The position numbers were made by a program, and so were the translations under genes. DNA of 58,265 nucleotides, filler included, from Sphacelaria rigidula (taxonomy: Eukaryota): NCBI GenBank assembly GCA_964200075.2. It is 5 parts of 5 records of this genome, joined end to end, with 100 filler letters (N's around TTAATTAATTAA, not from the genome) between each part and the next. Parts side by side here need not be neighbours in the genome. Positions count along the whole stretch, not along the records: positions 1 to 11,575 come from CAXNAA020004760.1; positions 11,676 to 23,248 come from CAXNAA020004761.1; 3 more parts are not named here. The stretch is one strand, 5' to 3'. Below the pieces are notes generated by a model. The model made no database searches. It had not been told where the DNA came from and worked only from the letters and a program-made list of their open reading frames with translations. Positions 1-12,398 of this stretch are shown piece after piece (position 1 is the first letter of the stretch; every line of letters begins with the position of its first letter).

Positions 1-19
1 CCCTATCGTAGGATGACTC

Positions 20-230
20 CTGTGTTGTACCGTACCCTGTGGCACCGTGCGGTGTCGTACACTAAGCATCACTGCACTTGCACTACTTTACTGCACCACG
101 GTGAACTGCAGGGCACTGGAGTGCTGTGCAGTATACAATACGGACATGGCAGTACAGTGCAATGCCGAGCCCTATATTGTAGTACACTGCGGTATGGTGA
201 AGTACAGCGATACCGTAAAGATTGTACGGC
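20..230. repeat. Degenerate pentamer-periodic simple repeat (GTAC/GTGC/CTGCA-type units)
   Basis: Repeated cgtac/gtgca/cagta/ctgca units at ~5-nt spacing; explains the Cys/Tyr/Thr-rich spurious ORFs on both strands. Confidence 0.55.
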
Positions 231-1924
231 ATCATTTTCAAACAACAGACAAGGCCACATTGCAATGAATTTCCGACAGCCGCCCATGACGGTGACCCAA
301 GACGTCGGGACCTCTAACCGGGTGGTGAGGCAGCCAGGTGCAGCACTGTTTCCGCGCTGTAGATGACGAACCGTTCACACCGTCTTCTCCTGGCTGAGGT
401 TGGCGAGCGTGAGGAGCTGTAACCAAGGCAACGTTTGTACCCGGCTTATTTTTTTAATTTCACCCAACACAACCAAGCGAATGCTGATACCATGGCGGCG
501 ACAAGGAGGTCCTCTGATTGAGATGCCAAGCGTTTCCACTTCGTGACTGGTTCATGGTGATCAGCATGGTAGGTGTGATGTATGTTCCACCTTGCTTGTG
601 GGGGTATATTGATTGTGAAATGGCGGTGACCGTGGTGGTAGGGGGATAGGTGTGTTTTTTTCCGTTCCACTACGAAGTTTGAAGAGGCACACCCAGTGTC
701 CGAGTGGAGTGCTCTAAACCGGACTCTGACTCCGAAAAGTTGACTCTGAAACATTTTTTTATGATGGAAAGTGTACCGTTACCGGCTTTCCTCCTTCCAC
801 TATGACCCTAAAAAATGGCACCCCCTCCACATTTCGAAATAAGATCACATCTGCGCTCATTATTGAACGACTTACGGGTCGACCGGTTTTCTGGGGGTCC
901 TGAGACTACCCAGCCCCGGGTTCTGACCCTTGAGTATTTCAGCTCGATTGGAGCAGTTTCGATCGTTTTCGTGGACAATGAAAATTACTATTTTTTTCTT
1001 TACTTTCCACCTATTTATTGCGCTCCAAGTGAAAAACTATGTTTTTTAAACCAGTGACGGTCGATAAATACCCTCCTGATGAACAAGGTACTTACTCCGT
1101 ATCACCCCGACAACACCAATCGAGGGTTTTGTTCTGAGCACGACCTGCTTCTCTTCCCAAAACCGATCGACGCGAAGAATTTATAGGCGCCAAGGACACG
1201 AGAAAATTCATAAATTTACCCAAACGAAAATTGCCCAACCGAGCTTTGCATAGCACAGGCGAGGGCGATCACCCTTACGAATGATTTTTTTACAGACGTT
1301 AATTTTGTGGACTTACCTATTCATTGCGCCAGAGCCGAAAAAAATGTGATTCGGGCCAAAAACGGTTAGTAACACCCCCTGTCAATTCAGCTTGGAAGCT
1401 GTTTAATATTGAGCACTGAGACGACCTTCGTTTTTCACAATGTGGAGCGGATGGCCAGGATCTCCCGACTCTGAAACGTTGGGATCAACCGCTCGCTGGG
1501 ATCAGCAGCGGCACGCGAAAGACACAATGAAAATCGCCGACTACAAAAAAATTACGAGAACATCCTATTTCGGGTGAAAACTGCTATAACTTCTCGTACA
1601 GGCTGATACTGTGAACACTACCACTTTGTGAACTGCCCCTACCGTTTCGTACCGTGCTCGAATTCCAGTAATACTGTTTAGCAATCCACGAGTTCAGGTA
1701 ACATATGGCTGTGCCCACGCAGCAAATGATTCAAAGTATGAGTGTATTGTGCAGTTCGCTCGGCATCCGTGTACTATTTCTTGTGTCTTGCAAGATACAG
1801 TGTTCGCAGTGAAATCCGGATTTTGGAATTCGTTGGTCAAAACTGTTCCGAAATGACCTACTGTATGACCACTAGATTCGTCGCGTTCTTATCAGTGAGC
1901 AACCTGTTGCAGACAATCCTTTAC

Positions 1925-2119
1925 CTTGGCGAGGCAGTCCGATGTATTTGCCGGGACCACATTATCATAAAATTCACCAAATGCCGCGCCTATATCGGCC
2001 TTTGCCGGCACCAGGGCCCCTGCGAACATGGCAACTCCAAGCATGAGGACGCCGCTCAGCCCGTGGCTGGTGCTTCTTCCGTCCGCGCCCGTCCGCTGTA
2101 TGCCGCGATAGGCTAACAT
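1925..2119 (-). CDS. Putative first coding exon of a secreted or membrane protein of unknown family; remainder of the gene not identified
   Basis: ATG at 2119, 65 codons (MLAYRG...GVLMLGVAMFAGALVPAKA-DIGAAFGEFYDNVVPANTSDCLAK) with a hydrophobic stretch and an A-x-A site, ending at a phase-0 AAG|GTAAAG donor. Confidence 0.4.
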
Positions 2120-2539
2120 GATTTCAGACGCGCGTTGATTCACAACAACAGCAGGGTGTCGGCATTCCCTCGGTGCATGTGCAGTACAACCAGCGTTGTC
2201 GTCCTCTGAAGTAGTTGAAGCTATGCTTACATCCACATCCACCAACTTGTAGAAAATATCCAAACGACACTCATTCGTCCGCACTCGCGAAGATCCAAAC
2301 GACCGTTACAAACAATTCACCAGTAGTAGGCAGGAGGCAGACAGAACTCAGGCATCAGCATTACGAGTATACAGTTTTATACTGACTGTTTGGCGATATA
2401 CTGTGCCGTATACTACACTGTGCTCCATTGTCGATCTGTGCTGTAGTGGTTTGCGCTGATTCGCACAGGTGAACGCTTTCTACCTTCCCCTTGGCGCTGC
2501 AATACAGACCGGTGCTATCATACGAGTAGTGCCAACTCT

Positions 2540-2680
2540 AATACTACTGTACCTACTCTACTACTACCACAGCCACCACAACTACCCCTTCTCTTCTTCT
2601 TCCTCTTCCTCTTCCTCCTCATCCTACTCCTCCTTCTGCTACTACTGCTCCTGCTGCTGCTGCTGCTGCTTCTACTACAA
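2540..2680. repeat. Compound trinucleotide microsatellite (CTA/CTT/CTC/CTG)
   Basis: Directly visible tandem triplets. Confidence 0.85.
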
Positions 2681-2960
2681 AGTACAGCGGCACCAGGTCC
2701 TTTAGGCAGCACTATAATAGAAACGGCGAGGAGCCATTCGAGTACGAGTGCAACTTCAGCAATAGTAGTAGTTCCTGGGCGAGTGCTAGTGTTAGCGCTA
2801 GAATCAGTACCAGCAACACAACACCAGCAGCGACGGCGACGGTGGACCGGAATTTTTGGTGTAAAACGGCCGCACGTTAATTATTTACCCTACGTTAGAT
2901 TATGCCGAGATTAACTGCCTCTGTGTAGTCAGGAGGTATAGCGCACCGACGACGCCTTCC

Positions 2961-3318
2961 ATGAGCGGAAAGGACGTGATACACCAACAACGAGAATTGA
3001 CCAGCACGATCGCTGAACCCTGGGAGGTCGTCACCGCAGAAGAATATTCAGGAAGCTATCAGCTCAAGGGGCACGAATTGGATACCATGTACCGAAGCGA
3101 AGATATAGGCAAGCGTGTGTTGCCATCTGGCGGAGGGGGGGCACCTCAACGCCTCACAATGCGGTTGATAGCAGAGTGTACCGGCGCAGCAGCTAACACC
3201 AGCACTACAGAAAGGTCACTGAAGTTATTTGCAATACGTTTGATTGACGGTACACGCATTGCTTTTCCCAAGTACCGGTCAAAACCGAAAACATAATTGT
3301 CTCTGGTGATCCTGGGCA

Positions 3319-3369
<51 letters not shown>

Positions 3370-6300
3370 CATCCCATCTATTCTGCATGTTAGTCTACGC
3401 CTTTCGGTACATGTGGGCGCATCACCCGGGGACATACAGGAGGAAGGCCATCACAGATTTCTTTTCATTTTCAACTTTGATTTTGTACTCCACCCTCCTT
3501 CTGCAGTGCTTGCCTTATTTCTTTGTCGCGAGAACGGTGCAGCGGTCCCTCTATTCCCTCGTCAAAGGTGCAGTCGAACTTCTGTGTACCCACGACCTAG
3601 TCGCTCTCTCCTGTTGGGCATGTTGTGAAAACAAATCCTAGACAGAGTGACTGCACCGAGATTCGAATCCACTCCACAACCGTCAGAAGGTTTCGAGGGT
3701 ACCAACTAAGCCACCCGGGCGACCGGAGTAGCTCCAGTTTTCTCCATGGCGTGTATTGACGTGTGTTTCCTTCCTTGTGTTAACCTTGGGCACGTCTATC
3801 TTGTGACGACGGGTTGGATTCGAAGCGGATTGGTTGAATGTTCCAGTAAAAAGAATAATCGACTAGTACACAGCAATATCGTAGGGTAGCTCTGATTTGA
3901 CTGCACGTTACCTCGGAATTCTATGCATACCGTACAGTGGCGCTGTGGATGGTATCAGGGCAGTATTGTTTTAGCATTACAGTGGTTCATTCGAAGCTGT
4001 GGCGGCAGCAGCAGAAGCAATGGCAGCATCGTGCTAGCAGTGGTATATTAGCACACAAGACAGACACCCACATTTTTCGTCTCTACACCATCGTATATCT
4101 ACTCGTGGGGGTCGTGAGGTTTGTACACCAGAAGGCGGCGTCTACCGCTCACTAAAATATTAACCTCGCTCGATACCGATGCACCTAGGAGCGACCAACT
4201 GCTGCAGACCGAAATTCTCCGGCTCGATTGGCGAGGGATCAGTGGTATTGAAAACTTGGATTCCTTCACCCAAGTTCGAGAGCTATACCTGCAGCACAAC
4301 AGGATTCGCATCATCGAAGAACTGGATACACTGACACGGCTGGAGTTCCTTGCCCTCGGATCGAATCACATCCGTTGCCTGGAAAATCTGACCCACCTCA
4401 CCAAGGTAATGAGCAGAGTCCGGAAGAAATGTAGAGACAAGTGTTGGGAACATGCATTGCAAAGTCCACCACTACTATTCGATACCTCACATATTCGTCC
4501 AACTGACGGCTCTCAAAACCCCTTTAGTGGGTTCGGGTGTGTATCGGCTACATGAATACGTGCGTCCTTGATGCATCCACCATGTTTGTTTGCTGTTATC
4601 ATGTAAAAAACAAGGTCATACCATGTGTACAAACGATTACGTCTGGTCGTGCAGTTACAGGTCTTGGATGTATCATACAATGAGATTGAAGACGCCGACA
4701 CGCAGGAGCTTCCACCTGGCCTTGTAATCCTCAATCTCACCGGAAATCCATGCTGCCTGAAGCATGACTTCGATCACAAGATCGCCTCGACACTACCCAA
4801 CTTGATGGTGAGCTTCATGACTCCAGTACCGAGGAATGCCGACAATACTAGCTAGTTCGTAGAATGAGACCCTTATGTTCACACAACCGTGTTCCGTGCT
4901 TTGATTGCTCCTTGCGACCTATCAGTAATGGGCGCGTCTACGGCGAGGTACCAGTTTTGAACATTAACCTGCTCAAACGGTGCTGAGGTCCCTCCATGAC
5001 TGTAATCGGAGATGCCGATCTATCGTACACATAGGTATTTGTTGCACACCAGCATCACACAAACACAGTATGAACAACCCCACTCAATGGTTTCAGATAC
5101 GTGTGTGGATACTTACAGGGGCAAACTGCAACACCACCAAGGGTATGTCAAGTGCCGAGTTGTGCCGCGATAGCCAGCTCCAGAAAAATGGCTGGGTTGA
5201 GGAGACAAAATGTACATGTAACCCGAAATGACAAAAGCGAAGCACACCGAGCAGCTGGGAACGCCCATGCTCGGAACCGATTTTGGGATCGTTTTCGCCA
5301 ATGTCGCCTACATGAAGAGGCTTCATGAAGTCTGAAACCAGCTGTCACGTGCCGTATGACCATATTCTTCGTGAACAGTTTGGGGCTGGTTTGGAGGGGG
5401 ACTATCTCGACACCACTCTGCTCATATCCATTACACATTGTTAGCGATGATAAGACATCATTTTACCTGCTTATATCTGACCAAAGGGCCCCAACGTCGA
5501 ATCTCGACCCGTCCATCGTAGTCAAGACAGAAAGCGTTCTGAGCAGAAAACGAGAAGCAGGAATATTCGGACAGGGGAAAGCAAGCAGAGCACCCGAACC
5601 CACGAACAACCTCTCTTGTGGAGATCATTGGGCACCCAATACACGCAAGAGTGACGTGGAAAACGAATATAACAGTATCTTTTCACCGCCAACCGGCGAA
5701 AACAGTTGCCTCTGCAAACCGCTTCTCACCACTATGACACACAAATATGCTCGTGAAGGAGAGGGATGGTGGTGATGTGGATACTCTACCCTATAGGAGG
5801 GGTAAATTGCAACGAGGGTTCGTCGAAGATTCGTAACGCTGTCGCGTGTGCACCAAGATCGAGGAAAATGAAAGCAAACCCTACACTATCGCAGGCGAGG
5901 ACTTTTCTATGTCTAAGAAGTGTGAGCATTGATCGCCAAATGCGCGCTGAAACTACAGGTCTTGAATGGAAGATCTTTACGTGGTGGGAACAGTACTACA
6001 GACAACGGTGGAGTGACAGAGTGCAAAGGCGACCCACATTGCAGAGAAGAGGTTGTTGGGTGTCACTATGGGGACACAACTACATTGTATGTGACAGTAC
6101 AAACCGGCGACCGCAGCAACATGATTCCCCTACTCTTCAGGAAAGGGGACAACTTTGCACAGGCAAGACTATAGTATTCTCATCAACGGCGTATGGGGTA
6201 GCGGTGGGTGACGCGCCTGCTCTACCAGCGGGGATATTGAAACTTATCGTTGGAATGCCGCTGTTTCCCTGGAGAAGAGTGCACTGTATGTAGTTGTAAT

Positions 6301-7598
6301 CTTTTGCAGATAAATCGCGTCCTGAAAAATAACACTGCGCATGTGACCATCGTCAACATCTTCGGTCGGAGAACCATTTCCATGCACCCGTATGCGTGAA
6401 GCATTAAAGGGTAACGGCGCCTAGGAAACCATATCTTAGTTCAGCAACCCTACTGCAAACGTATCGCAGAAGGTGAAGTGGTTCTGCGCCGAGAATAGTC
6501 TGTGTGGTACAGAAGCCCAAACAACTCTAAAAAAGCACATGGAAAGGGCTGTCGCTGGGAGTAGTACCAGCCGAGCTTACGTCCCGCTGGGTCGACGTGC
6601 TCAACAACCAGAGAGCACGGACGACCAACCAGGCCGAGATCTTGGACAGGAAAGGATGGATGCGTTCGTCAACCTCCAAGAAATACGAGCTCGAGCAATA
6701 GAGCAATCGATCAACTCAATTGACCAGGTGACGATTATTTTTGTCCGATTAGGTACAGCTTCATGCTTTGGGCAGATTCAGTGTAGTTGTCTACTTATAA
6801 TACGGCTAATCTGTAATGGTGATTCGGTGTGTGCTAACTGGACGTCGTACATAGCACTGTGCAAAGCCATTTCTGGGAAGTACTGATCATTCGTAACGAC
6901 CCAATCAGGTAGCCTTGGCATGGTTGCAGATTTACGGCACAGTAGTTGGCTTTACTTTGTTGTAGACTCAAAACAGTCCCATACGCCAAAGCATTATCTT
7001 GCTCGCAACGACTCAATTATGCTGCTTCCTCCGTGTGGTGTCTGCATCACAGCCCAAGTACCGCATCCGTTCCTCAACTCGTCAGCTCATGGAGAGAAAA
7101 ATGGCAGCCGCCCACGATCGTTCCGTCGCTCTAGAAGACGACACTAGGAAGGTGCGATATTTGATGACGAGCAGCAGAGCTATCGTCCCACTCACAGTTT
7201 CTCTTGACCAATGTACGACCCTTGTATTAGAGATTTCATAAACCATTCCCCGGCGGCTATTATACCTTACTCGCAACTTGTCGTGGGGTACTCGAAAAGA
7301 AACGAAATATACTCCATAGGATGTAGAAATGCATGCGCCCATCGGAGAACATACCCTGCTTCCTGGACCATCTCAGTCGGCCAAATTTGTACCGAAACTC
7401 GGTGAGGACGAGAACGACTGCGGGCATATGGCTTCAGTTACCGCCAGATACTCGGCCGTGCCCCGTGGGTCAAGCTGATATTATAAAGCTAATCGCCTTG
7501 GAGGAGGCAGCCTCACTTTACCTTTGCCCTGATGTTCTCACGAACAGAGGCTCAAGCTGTGGGTGCTGGATTGCAAAGCGTTCAGCAGAGTGCAGTAA
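2961..7598 (+). CDS. LRRC46: Leucine-rich repeat protein (SDS22-like LRRs plus LRRcap), LRRC46-like; spliced
   Basis: Proposed exons 2961-3214 (weak donor), 4132-4405, 4655-4807, 5959-(end unresolved), 6513-6727, 7053-7151, 7548-7598. Core translation LRLDWRGISGIENLDSFTQVRELYLQHNRIRIIEELDTLTRLEFLALGSNHIRCLENLTHLTK|LQVLDVSYNEIEDADTQELPPGLVILNLTGNPC...TLPNLM|VLNG follows the LRRC46 pattern (VRLDREGI...LQFLDLSENLI...EFPQSLLILNLSGN...LDLDG). The LRR exons are secure; the first and last exons are less so. Confidence 0.75.
3321..3366. repeat. (GT)23 microsatellite, forming the (CA)n tail of the adjacent SINE
   Basis: Direct; abuts the 3' end of the minus-strand SINE. Confidence 0.95.
3367..3726 (-). 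mobile_element. tRNA-derived SINE, copy 1 (in predicted intron 1 of the LRRC46-like gene)
   Basis: Minus strand begins CCGGTCGCCCGGGTGGCTTAGTTGG (A box) ... GGATTCGAATCTCGG (B box); body aligns by eye with 21224-21578 and 39767-40117; ends AGAATAGATGGGA plus a CA tail. Confidence 0.85.
5225..5400 (+). repeat. Dispersed repeat shared with 33364-33525
   Basis: Shared blocks in the same order on two contigs: GAAATGA..AAAG, GCAGCTG, CGTTTTCGCCAATGTCGCC, ATGAAG..TTCATG, GTATGAC.AT.TTCTTCG, GGCTGGTT. Confidence 0.7.
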
Positions 7599-8859
7599 AT
7601 CAATACAGACCCAATACTATGACAGCAGCAGTAATCGAATTCAGGTGCCCACACAAACAAAATAGATTATCTCTTTCTAATTCACAATACGAACCGGAGC
7701 CAGTAGTTTCTTCAAGACCACAACTCTCCGGTAAGGACTCTCTTGGAACTCAGAGCAACGGCGGCAAGGCTGATGTTATCCTGGGCCCAAAATGAAGTGA
7801 GCTCAGATGCGCTCAGGGTGATGGTGTAACCACCTTACGCAAAAATTATATCCACATCAAATCATAGTACAATAACCAAAGAGCAGAGATCCTCCATCCA
7901 ACAAACGTTCCTGGAAAACTCTTCGTTGTGCACATGATTATTCGATGTGCAGCAAACATCAGCAATACTGTATCTCCCATCGACTATCCAGAACACATTG
8001 TATATCTGTATCTTCCAACAAGCTGACCAGCCACGGCAGCCGACCAAGAGTCATATCCAACGTTCATTTACTCCGACATCTGATGTACACGGCGCCACGG
8101 TACCTTATCGACGCCAGTTCCTTCAAATACCATACAATAGCCCACTCTAAAAGGTGAGCATGCAGGAGCTTGAAGAGCTTCGAAGGCTCACATTTTACCA
8201 TCATCTTCCATACCACAAAACAAAACGATGAAACAATCAAGGGCAAAGAAACTCCTGCAGTATAGCAAATAACGGAGGTCCAGCTCCGGCGCAGGGTGCC
8301 TGTTGTGCGATCAGCCAGGCTGTGGTACACACAGGGAAGGCGCTTTGCCTGCCAACCACAACCTACAAGACAAGTAAGTCACCCGGACGGTCAGATTCAA
8401 CCCATCAGCATGAAAAATATAAAAAAATAAACACGCCGCCGATAACATTTGCGCATTAGGCGGATGGTCTCACGACCAACACTCTGGAAGCCCACTCAAG
8501 CCGGACTACTTCTCAGACAACGGGAACTGTTTTGCCCTCAGTCGAACGAACATCAAGGAGGAGCGCAACACTCGCGAAAGGATTTCACGTTAATCAGTTC
8601 CAAGGGGCCCGCCAAGGCATAACGATCAAGAAGACATCACTTTCAACATTGAGATAGTGCATGCAAAAACTCATACCGTTGGAAAGACCAATGAGAGAGC
8701 TCGCGGTATATGATCTCGGAGCGGCAGCAGTGGCCGATTGAAGCTCCAGGATCGTGCAGCGATAATCGCCGCGCGGCGCGTACTGAGGAAGCCCGCGGGG
8801 AGTGGTCATCAGTTTTCGCACACGCCAACAAACAAAAGTCACTGTCATTATACCCACAA

Positions 8860-9310
8860 ACACGTGTCAATTTGCTGAGGAAGCCCTTGGGGTATCGGTC
8901 ATCCGTTTTCGCAAATGTTCGGTTGAAGAGAAGAGACGGGGTGTCTCGGGTCCCGGGTCCAACGATTCACGAGGGAGTGAAAGTCGTGGAGACGCAGGAA
9001 CAAAAGACAAGAAAATAAAATAAACGAAATAAAATAAAATAAAATAAACGCATAATGGACACCGACACATGACAATTTGCTGAGGAAGCCCTCGGGGTAT
9101 CGGTCATCCGTCGGCACAAATGTCCAACACACAGCCGGTCATATAAAGAAACACTTACTTGAGAAGCCATTGGGGTATCGGTCATCCGTTTTCGCAAATG
9201 TTCGGTTGAAGAGAAGAGACGGGGTGTCTCGGGTCCGACAGGCCACTAGAACCGCCTGTGATATTGGTTTCCGTGAGGTCGGAGAGACGTAGGAACAAAA
9301 ACAAGAAAAA
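8860..9310. repeat. Tandemly duplicated ~285-bp-period unit downstream of a Gypsy remnant (possible terminal repeat of that element)
   Basis: TTGGGGTATCGGTCATCCGTTTTCGCAAATGTTCGGTTGAAGAGAAGAGACGGGGTGTCTCGGGTCC at ~8887 and ~9170, a partial third copy at ~9073-9110; both main copies are followed by GAGACG.AGGAACAAAA. Confidence 0.85.
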
Positions 9311-9802
9311 CCGAAACACTGAACGAGAGAAAAAGGTCGTTGAGACTCTCACAGCTAGCAAGGAGCAAGTACAGGGAGTATCTCAGCATAAAATGGACGA
9401 CAGTGGAGGGAAAGACTACAATCGTAGTCTCTGTTCTCCAGAAACGTCGAGCCAAACGAGGACGGAAGAGTGAAGTTGCGAGAGATTCACAACTCACAAC
9501 TCAACACGATGAACACACACCCGTCCTCAAGATATCACCAGATCACCAATTTCAGGTGGGTTGATGGATGTAAAACCTCAATGAGGGGTCTTCACAAATA
9601 CCATACGGCGGGCTATGACAGTGGGTCGAGCCAACTCTCGAAACGGAACAAAACAAAATACGCTCGTGCCAGTGCGTCTGTGTCACCTTGTATGGGGACA
9701 CAAGTGTGTTCGAAACAAGGCATCACAGTTCCAGAACTAGTTCAACCCGACCTACAACATGCGGTGGCTCCAGAATGGCATGGAAACACGACCATAGCCA
9801 GG

Positions 9803-9932
9803 TACACACACATACACACGCATATCCACACATGCGCACACGGATACACGCGTATGCGCATACAAACCTCCAAATACACATGAAGGCATACACGCACATG
9901 GATATGCGCATACACTCACACACATATACACA
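9803..9932. repeat. Degenerate alternating purine-pyrimidine (CA/TA/CG) microsatellite
   Basis: acacacatacacacgcatatccacacatgcgcaca... visible directly. Confidence 0.75.
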
Positions 9933-10079
9933 GACAATAAATGAAGAGGGGGGGGGGGGGTTGCGGCCGTGGCGTCGAAGCAGCTAGGCAACCCAACGGG
10001 GAAAATAGGACAGCACGCATCAAGACTCGTCTTTCCTCCATGAATGGTCGGTATTCCGGAGGGTGACGTCGTCTATGTT

Positions 10080-11310
10080 GCCGTCGTCATGACGCTGGAG
10101 ACACCAGTACCCGCGGCGAGCGGACAGTGCTTCAGTGTAGTAAGCATCGTCCAAAATGAGCTTCAGGGGGCCGGGGTCATCGAGGAAGCGGATGTAGTAG
10201 GCGTTGTCGGAGTCACGTGCTGGTGAATAAATCTTGCCCAGCCACCCGAGCGAGTCCTGCGCCTTATTCTAGAAGTACGCGCCTGTCAGTAGACGTTTCC
10301 TGCGAAAAGAAAGCAAGTATTGCGCACGCGAAACAAGGCTATAGCCAGCCATGACGAACCGGGCCGAATGCCCCCGGGCCAGCTCCCGTGCCGCCGCTCC
10401 CTTCCGCATAGACCTGTTTCTTCGGTTCAACGGACGGTGTGGCGCAACATCGCCTGCCCAGTACAACAGAATATGTCTACGAAAATGCCGCAAGTCGACT
10501 TCCCGTTCCCACGTGACCCGCATCAATCCTTTCCCGTGCGTCTGGTACATCACTGCTAGTTTACCACCACGACCGTGGACCAGTTGGTGTCCGCTGATAT
10601 TATCGACTACCACGCGTTCCACAGGGGCTTCAACGCCTTCAGCCGTGACATGAAAAAATGGCGACTTGGTGGCATGCCTCGTCAGTACGTTCTGGCTGAG
10701 TCCTAACGGCAATTGTTTGGTATCAGTGGTGTCGTGCGGGGCGGTGCAGGGTTTATAGCGCCGGACAGACACGCGGTGTGTCTGCGGAGGCCCAGCTTCA
10801 TCCGTGGGGAAATCGAGGTACAAAAGGTTGTCCCCGATGGGCCGATCATCCGGTGCTGTAGCACTTGGCCCAACACTTAAACTTTTCCACGGTCCAGTCC
10901 AATTGAGGGACAGCTTGGCCTGCAACACCTCACCGGTGAATCCTTACTCGCTCTGGCTCCTTGGCGAATCATCTGTACATCCTTGTACACCCACGCCCAT
11001 GCACCTACTTTCCACACTAGGCGCCCATGCATCACCGCATCCAACATGGCATTGGCACTAACCGCTCTTGCCAAATTGATCTGGTTTTGCTCGCGCACCA
11101 AATTATACGCCAACCGCAGACGATGACTAAAAAGGTCCTGATACTCCCTGATATCCCTGTCCAGACTCTGATGATCGCCCACGTTGCGGGGTTTGAATAT
11201 AGTCAATGGCACCCGCGGCATGCAACCGATGTGAATTTCATTTTGTGCAAGGCCGGTGGCGGTGTGGACCGAGTTGTTGTAGTTTACTAAATATTGGGTC
11301 AATTTGAGTC
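10080..11310 (-). mobile_element. Degenerate Ty3/Gypsy LTR-retrotransposon pol 3' end (end of integrase core, GPY/F region, chromodomain-like module)
   Basis: YNNSVHTATGLAQNEIHIG (integrase YNxxxHxxTGxxP-type motif), KLSLNWTGPWK (GPY/F), VVDNISGHQLVHGRGGKLAVMYQTHGKG...TWEREVDL (chromodomain-like); frameshift near 10900-10930 and an in-frame stop at 10269; 5'-truncated. Confidence 0.8.
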
Positions 11311-11575
11311 GAGTGTGCAACTATCAACCGAATTGATCGATCGAATTCGTTCGAAGCCTTACGGTAGCAGCTAATTTCACGTATATCTGTAGTGGAAAGT
11401 ATGAGAACATCGGTAATCAAAAAGGAAACGATAAAAATGGACGGGATGCGATAATGGTGATCCAATGCCCAACAATACGGTGCAAGGCATAAGACAAGCA
11501 CGGTGCCAGGGGGGGGGGGGGGGGAACTAAGATGCAGGGAGGGGGGCGGGGGGGGGGGGGAGGGGGGTGTGGGGG

Positions 11576-11675
11576 NNNNNNNNNNNNNNNNNNNNNNNNN
11601 NNNNNNNNNNNNNNNNNNNTTAATTAATTAANNNNNNNNNNNNNNNNNNNNNNNNNNNNNNNNNNNNNNNNNNNN
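11576..11675. other. Artificial contig linker (N44-TTAATTAATTAA-N44)
   Basis: 100-nt N run with a central 12-mer that gives stops in all six frames; identical to the other three linkers. Confidence 0.98.
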
Positions 11676-12222
11676 AAATGTATAAAAGAGCATGCGCCTG
11701 CAAACTTCAAATCCGCCTCTAGGCTGGCCCAGCTCGTACTTGTCGAGAATTTTTGGACGAAATTGCCCACATTTTGGGAATATTTTTAGACTTGTGATGA
11801 TATTTTACTTGTAATTGTGCGCTTTCCCCAAAGAACTTCGATGGTTAATCGCCCACTACCCACCACAATCGAGTTGGACCCTCCCGTGCACACTCCCTTA
11901 CGAAGTAGACAGGGCGCTGAAGTGACCTTGGGCCGCCGTTACGAAATGGCGGTGGAGATAGCGTCGGCTATTTCGCCAGGCGACTCAAGAGTACCGAAGG
12001 GATTCTAAATTCGCTCACCGGGCGCGACGGCATTGGTCCCGAGTACATTACAAAACTATCAACGAAAAAAACGAAAAAAATTGATCAAGAACATGTTTTT
12101 CTGACACATTGGACACGGTTAAGGGCCCGTGTAAACGTACCGACTTCACGCATGGGACAAGGAAAGTACGGGTATGAGAGGAGTGAGTTGACAACCTCTT
12201 CAATACAGCAGCTGTGCATAGT

Positions 12223-12398
12223 CCACACCCTGGACAGTATATGGTCAATAGATGCAATAGACGAGAAGTGTACCGCATGAAGTATAGGCCTGTTGCAACT
12301 ATTGCCGGCCGGCCGACAATAGTCGCAATAGGTCTATACTTTATGCAGTACACTTCTCGTCTACTGCAACTATTGACCACATCTTGTCCAGGGTGTGG
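12223..12398. mobile_element. Fold-back palindromic MITE-like element, copy 1
   Basis: CCACACCCTGGACA...TGTCCAGGGTGTGG; almost the whole 176 bp is self-complementary about GCCGGCCGGC (12304-12313); homologous copy at 16681. Confidence 0.8.
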
